A DNA stretch of 60,961 bases, filler included. It is 6 parts of 6 records of this genome, joined end to end, with 100 filler letters (N's around TTAATTAATTAA, not from the genome) between each part and the next. Parts side by side here need not be neighbours in the genome. Positions count along the whole stretch, not along the records: positions 50,489 to 60,961 come from SRR31147125_32529; 5 more parts are not named here. One strand, 5' to 3'. Made by a program: the position numbers and the translations under genes. Under the pieces are notes generated by a model. That model had not been told where the DNA came from. It searched no databases and saw only the letters and a program-made list of their open reading frames with translations. Position 1 is the stretch's first letter. The number at the start of each line of letters is the position of its first letter. This document shows, in pieces, positions 55,988 through 60,961 of the stretch.

Positions 55988-56110
55988 AAGGAGGTCAATA
56001 GAGCACTGTTAAAATATTAATAGTCTTGAAGGAGGTGATAATTAGTTCCTGTGTAAGGCAATAAATAAAATTACAGATATTTTTACAACAACTATTTTAA
56101 GGAGGAATAC

Positions 56111-57715
56111 ATGCAAAACAAAAAGTTTATCATCTACACGATAATCGTTATCTGTGTCCTGTTGTTAAATTCTGTCATTTTTGCACAATCTCATGAAGTA
56201 GCGCCTTTAACGGAACTCATATCTTTTATCAGTGGAGATACAACTGCAACAGGCGAACGAAACCACACAGAATATGGATTACAAAGGGGTTCCGTTTATT
56301 TTACACTGGGTCAGTTACAAAACGATTATCCGCTTAAAATAGTCGCTGTTGGTGATGAGTCTTTAGATCGTCCTGTTGTCAAAGTATTAGTAAATGAAGC
56401 CGGTGAATCTAGTTATCCCTTCCGTCTTTTTGATAATATTATGGTTGAAGGTATAAGTTTCTCAGGAATCGATGCTGCCGGCAGCAATAGTTTTGGCTAC
56501 ATCTTTCGAACAGGAGCAGATAATATTAAAGCCACAATAAACGATTGCGAATTTGACAGTCTCCGCCTTCGAGTAATCAGGATCGATCATAATTTTTGCA
56601 GCGTTTTTGCTTCGGATTGTATCGCTCACAATTTTGGCAACGCGAACTTTAATGGTCGTTTTATTGATGCCAGATCATCATTAATGGATTCGGTTGTGGT
56701 TCAGAATTGTACGTTTTTCAATTTCTTTCATTGTGTTATCAATAAATTTGGCGGTTGGGAAAGATATGTCAAGTTCGACCATATAACGGTCTACAATCTC
56801 ATGCGCAGCCCATTGAGAATTGTAGAATGTCCCGATATTACAATCACAAATAGTTTATTCATTCAGACCGGTTTTATCGGTTGTGAAAATTCCTGGAAAA
56901 CGTTTCGGGAATCTCCCGATTATGCCCTTACGGATAGAGACCATTGGACCCGGATCGAGATTGCTCCGCTAGTGCAGGACACGTTTCTTGTCGACCTGGG
57001 ACTGACACAACAAATCGATATGTCAAATAATAATTTCTGGCTCGACACGTCGGTCTACGATGCATTCGCTGATACCGTTCATCCATATATGAATTTGGAT
57101 ATCTTTTCTTATGATTACGAGGGTTTTGACGAACTTGGTGAGTTAATCGCTGATGATACATTGACCTGGATAAGTGAGAATCCGGGTTTCGTGAAAGCTC
57201 CTGAGGTGAAAGCCGAGGAAATGCATAACGCCGTATTTCAAGGTAGTACTGCCTATGAAGTTGGATTGGATTACTCCGATCCGCCTTACGATTTTACCTA
57301 TTCAACTTCTTCAGAATCATATACTGCAGCAGCAGGCGGCTTTCCACTTGGTGATTTAAACTGGTTCCCGGATAAAAAAGCAGAGTGGGACGCGTGGGTC
57401 AAAACTGATGTAGAGAAATCCTCTAATAGTGCTCTTGCAGATTTTAAACTCGAACAGAATTACCCGAATCCGTTCAATCCGTTTACAGAAATAGAGTATT
57501 CAATTTCGAAAGCGGATCAAGTTTCATTGGTTGTTTATAATATGCTAGGCCAAAAGGTACGCACGCTTGTCGATAAAAAGCAAATAGCCGGTGTATACTC
57601 AATTAAATGGGATGGTACGGATGATTATGGAATGTCGCTCGCAGGAGGAATTTATTTTTGCAGACTTGAAGTTGCAGATGGAACCTACGCACAAAAGATG
57701 ACGCTATTGAAATAA
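56111..57715 (+). CDS. Secreted beta-helix-like (DUF5123-like) protein with C-terminal T9SS type-A/FlgD domain
   Basis: Signal peptide; parallel beta-helix-like strands (VVVQNCTFFN, ITITNSLF); GFPLGDLNWFP; LEQNYPNPFNP...VYNMLGQKVRTLV...GIYFCRL. Confidence 0.75.
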   Translation: MQNKKFIIYTIIVICVLLLNSVIFAQSHEVAPLTELISFISGDTTATGERNHTEYGLQRGSVYFTLGQLQNDYPLKIVAVGDESLDRPVVKVLVNEAGESSYPFRLFDNIMVEGISFSGIDAAGSNSFGYIFRTGADNIKATINDCEFDSLRLRVIRIDHNFCSVFASDCIAHNFGNANFNGRFIDARSSLMDSVVVQNCTFFNFFHCVINKFGGWERYVKFDHITVYNLMRSPLRIVECPDITITNSLFIQTGFIGCENSWKTFRESPDYALTDRDHWTRIEIAPLVQDTFLVDLGLTQQIDMSNNNFWLDTSVYDAFADTVHPYMNLDIFSYDYEGFDELGELIADDTLTWISENPGFVKAPEVKAEEMHNAVFQGSTAYEVGLDYSDPPYDFTYSTSSESYTAAAGGFPLGDLNWFPDKKAEWDAWVKTDVEKSSNSALADFKLEQNYPNPFNPFTEIEYSISKADQVSLVVYNMLGQKVRTLVDKKQIAGVYSIKWDGTDDYGMSLAGGIYFCRLEVADGTYAQKMTLLK

Positions 57716-57726
57716 TCTCTTATCAG

Positions 57727-57760
57727 ACAGGACTCTGTATTAAAGCCAGAGTCCTGTTTA
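57727..57760 (+). terminator. Probable intrinsic terminator
   Basis: ACAGGACTCTG/CAGAGTCCTGT inverted repeat right after the stop codon. Confidence 0.65.
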
Positions 57761-58060
57761 TCATTATGGTAAAAAAAAATTATTTATCTCCTCTTCCGCC
57801 TTCGAAAAAGACTTTTGGGGATATCCCTAACTTTTAATTCCCAAAGAAAAACACGACTTTTAAACAAAATTTATTTAAATTTGATCTTAAATCTGCTTAT
57901 TCCTTCGTGCATATTTACCCGTTTATATGTTAATAATATCGTGGATATATTATTTTACAAAATATTAAAAGTTAAAATTTGTTATATTTTGTTAGAATTT
58001 TTATTATCCAGGTCATAATCATCTCAATTTTTGACAAAATAAGAAATGGAATGTGATATC

Positions 58061-59653
58061 ATGAAAAGTATAATGTTCTTTATCCTGATGGCCGTATTTT
58101 CTGTTTCAAAAGTGATCTCTGGTCCTAATTCCATTCATCTCATTCCCAAACCGCAAAGTATACATGTGTCTAAAGGCTATTTCGAAATAAATCCCTCCAC
58201 CGTCATTCTCGCCAGTGAAGAGCTGAACCAAAGAGCGAGACAGCTTAGAAATTATCTGGAACCGGCCACAGGATATGATATTCAAATAAATCCGGATAAT
58301 ATTACAGGAAATTCTCTGGAGCTGCATCTAAAGCAGGATCTTGAGAATCTTGGCACAGAAGGTTATATACTACAGGTATCAGAAGAAAAGGTTCAAATAT
58401 CGGCTTTTCATACGAACGGGATTTTTTATGGAATTCAATCCCTGCGCCAGCTGCTGCCGAACGACATTATGCGGGAGGCAAAAGTCGGGTCTGTCCAATG
58501 GATCATTCCCTGTTTAAAGATTGAAGATAAACCGCGCTTCCCGTGGCGTGGATTAATGATTGATTACAGCCGGACTTTTTGGAACAAAGATCTCACCAAA
58601 AAATACATTGATACCTTGGCACTGTATAAAATGAATGTGTTACACATGCATCTGACCGATGATCAGGGATGGCGGATTGAAATAAAAAAATATCCCGAAC
58701 TCACGCAAAAGGCCTCCAGGTTTGACGACGAATTTGATGAACCCGAGGAAAGGCAAGGGTATTATACTCAGGAAGATATAAAAGAAATTATTGCGTATGC
58801 CAGGGAACGTAACATCGAGATCGTACCTGAAATAGAAATGCCGGGACACACTGCCGAAGTTTTTTCTGTTTTTCCGGAACTATCCTGTAAGGAGGATACG
58901 TTTAAAATACATCCCTTTTTTAAGGGGCCGCACATTCACCGGGAAATTCTCTGTGCCGGAAAAGATCAGACATTCGAGTTTCTGGAAAACGTGCTGAGAG
59001 AAATCGTTGATCTGTTTCCTTCTGCATACATCCACATCGGTGGTGATGAAGCACCAAAGCATCACTGGCAGGCTTGTCCTAGGTGCCAGCAGAGAATAAA
59101 AAATGAAAACCTTAAAGACGAGCATGAATTGCAAAGCTGGTTTGTCAGACGAATTGAAGCATTTCTAAATAGTAAAGGAAAAAAACTCATAGGCTGGAAT
59201 GAAATCCTGCAGGGTGGACTTGCTCCGAACGCGGCAGTTATGTTCTGGCATGGAGAGTTTGAAGAAACCTTAAAAGCAGCTGAAAAAGGCCATTCTATTG
59301 TCATGAGTCCGACATCCCACTGTTATTTTGATTATACATATGAAAAAATATCTACTGAAAAAGTCTATTCCTTTAATCCTGTTCCACATGAGCTTGATAA
59401 AAAATATGTGAAAAATATACTCGGTGTACAGGCGAATTTCTGGTCCCACATTGACAGGACCGAACCAAAAATGAGCAGGCAGATTTTTCCACGATTGCTA
59501 GCCTTGTCCGAAGTTGGCTGGACAAATGAGGAGAATAAAGAGTGGAGACACTTTTTCGAACGGATCAAAGTTCATAAAGACATATTAGACTTGAATTCTA
59601 TTTACTATACTAAAAGTGAATTGCAGGGATTTAACACAACCAGGGAAAAATAA
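58061..59653 (+). CDS. Beta-N-acetylhexosaminidase (GH20)
   Basis: DKPRFPWRGLMID, HLTDDQGWR, PEIEMPGH and catalytic HIGGDE motifs. Confidence 0.93.
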   Translation: MKSIMFFILMAVFSVSKVISGPNSIHLIPKPQSIHVSKGYFEINPSTVILASEELNQRARQLRNYLEPATGYDIQINPDNITGNSLELHLKQDLENLGTEGYILQVSEEKVQISAFHTNGIFYGIQSLRQLLPNDIMREAKVGSVQWIIPCLKIEDKPRFPWRGLMIDYSRTFWNKDLTKKYIDTLALYKMNVLHMHLTDDQGWRIEIKKYPELTQKASRFDDEFDEPEERQGYYTQEDIKEIIAYARERNIEIVPEIEMPGHTAEVFSVFPELSCKEDTFKIHPFFKGPHIHREILCAGKDQTFEFLENVLREIVDLFPSAYIHIGGDEAPKHHWQACPRCQQRIKNENLKDEHELQSWFVRRIEAFLNSKGKKLIGWNEILQGGLAPNAAVMFWHGEFEETLKAAEKGHSIVMSPTSHCYFDYTYEKISTEKVYSFNPVPHELDKKYVKNILGVQANFWSHIDRTEPKMSRQIFPRLLALSEVGWTNEENKEWRHFFERIKVHKDILDLNSIYYTKSELQGFNTTREK

Positions 59654-59697
59654 CAAATCAAGGAAAAGTGAAAAGAGCATAAATTTTTAGTTTGGTT

Positions 59698-60909
59698 ATG
59701 AATATGCACAAGATAGAAAATTCAACATTCAAACCAACCGATGTCATAGATGTACACGTGCATATTGCCGGGCCCCCGGGCGAGAACGAGCGAATGTATT
59801 ATTATTCGGAGCAATTTGAAAAATCGCTCTCCTTTGAAGGTATTAAACTGGTCACAAAACTCGCAACTGCTCCGATTACAGGACCACGGTATCTTAGTGT
59901 ATTGTATAGTCAGTTAAAGGAATCGAAACATATTAATAAGATTGTCCTGTTAGGTCTTGATCAGGTCTATTCTGAGGACGGTTGTGTTCAGAAAGAGAAA
60001 ACACATCTATACGTTTCCAACGATTATCTGGCTCACTTGTCTAAATTATTTCCGGATTTTTTATTTGGCTGCTCTGTGCATCCCTATGCTCCTAACGCTG
60101 CAGAAACGCTGTGGCAATGTGTGGCAAACGGTGCTGTTCTGTGTAAATGGCTGCCCTCATCTCAGTGCATTGATCCAACGCATCCTCTTTCGCTTCAATT
60201 TTATCGGGCCCTGGCGGAATTGAATCTGCCACTCCTCATCCATGTCGGTCCCGAGGAGTCTATCCCCAGCGGAATGGGTAAAAAAGAAGAGTTATTAGTT
60301 AATTCGGCGGCCGGTCAATTCGCTCAGAATCCGGGAGACGCCATTGCCATGGCTCTGCAGGCAAAAGCGACTGTTATTGTTGCTCACAGTGCCTTACCGC
60401 TCGGAAAATTGTTTAATAAAGATAATGACTATTGGGAACAAACATTTCATCAGATATTGCAGCGAGTGGAACAGGCTAAAAAACGTCCACTCTATGCCGA
60501 TATTTCCGCGTTCTGTCTGCCGGGACGATTCAAATATGTTAAAGAAATTATCCCCTTAGCCAAGGAATTACCGCATCGCTTTTTATACGGCAGTGATTAT
60601 CCTGTCCCGATTGTCTCCTTTAAAGGAAAAGCCGTTGAAGAGGTGTTAAACGCGTTTGGCTGGTTGGCAGAAAGGGCCTTTCCGATTAATGATTTTGATA
60701 AAAACCATCAATTACTGCGCCCCCATTTTTCACATGAGACCTTTACTGCCGCTACCCGTGTACTCAGGAATCCACAACAACGTCCTCCAACGCTGGATAA
60801 ATATCTGCGCCGGTTGGGAATCAAAAAAGAAAAATATTCTGGTTTGGTGGACATAAAAAGATATAAACCCGGTTTTGATTTCTGCAATTATAAAAATTTT
60901 ATCGCTTGA
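59698..60909 (+). CDS. Amidohydrolase_2-family metal-dependent hydrolase
   Basis: IDVHVH, SVHPY, LLIHVG, IVAH and LYGSDYP motifs. Confidence 0.85.
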   Translation: MNMHKIENSTFKPTDVIDVHVHIAGPPGENERMYYYSEQFEKSLSFEGIKLVTKLATAPITGPRYLSVLYSQLKESKHINKIVLLGLDQVYSEDGCVQKEKTHLYVSNDYLAHLSKLFPDFLFGCSVHPYAPNAAETLWQCVANGAVLCKWLPSSQCIDPTHPLSLQFYRALAELNLPLLIHVGPEESIPSGMGKKEELLVNSAAGQFAQNPGDAIAMALQAKATVIVAHSALPLGKLFNKDNDYWEQTFHQILQRVEQAKKRPLYADISAFCLPGRFKYVKEIIPLAKELPHRFLYGSDYPVPIVSFKGKAVEEVLNAFGWLAERAFPINDFDKNHQLLRPHFSHETFTAATRVLRNPQQRPPTLDKYLRRLGIKKEKYSGLVDIKRYKPGFDFCNYKNFIA

Positions 60910-60961
60910 ACCGTTAGCATAGTGATATAATAAAAATGGGAGATAAACAACCCCCTGCCCC

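Overview
This window is not one locus. It is six unrelated contigs joined by 100-nt artificial spacers (N44-TTAATTAATTAA-N44) at 10378, 16108, 23060, 31845 and 50389, apparently from a mixed, probably anoxic-sediment, metagenome. Contig 1 (1-10377, AT-rich, FCB/KSB1-Calditrichota-like) has a truncated BNR/sialidase-like pseudogene, a GH106 rhamnosidase, the intact BNR paralogue, a pentaheme cytochrome c with a T9SS/FlgD-type C-terminal domain, a CocE/NonD hydrolase and an SGNH hydrolase. Contig 2 (10478-16107, Bacteroidota) has a NapC/NirT tetraheme-FGE/SUMF1 fusion, a membrane-spanning regulator with a degenerate PI-PLC + LamG sensor, a decayed tRNA and rlmN. Contig 3 (16208-23059, GC-rich, Desulfobacterota-like) has dihydropyrimidinase behind a PotABCD-family ABC system with a sigma54-type promoter, plus a DUF2318/MacB-type ABC module. 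Contig 4 (23160-31844) encodes large acidic secreted proteins, two of which share an unnamed Ig-like module. Contig 5 (31945-50388, Desulfobacterota-like) is mostly housekeeping: TRAP, USP, polA, gltA, hflKC, rhomboid, GTP-PEPCK, gshB, yadGH, glutaredoxin and peptidases. Contig 6 (50489-60961) has a tRNA 3' end, an ECF sigma/FecR/TonB receptor locus without SusD, a T9SS-type protein, GH20 and an amidohydrolase. Many genes are split by indels in homopolymer runs, most likely sequencing errors. The strongest novelty candidates are the PI-PLC-sensor/NapC-FGE pair, the secreted multiheme cytochrome and the contig-4 surface locus. All calls come from motif recognition by eye; no searches were run, and the taxonomy is inferred.
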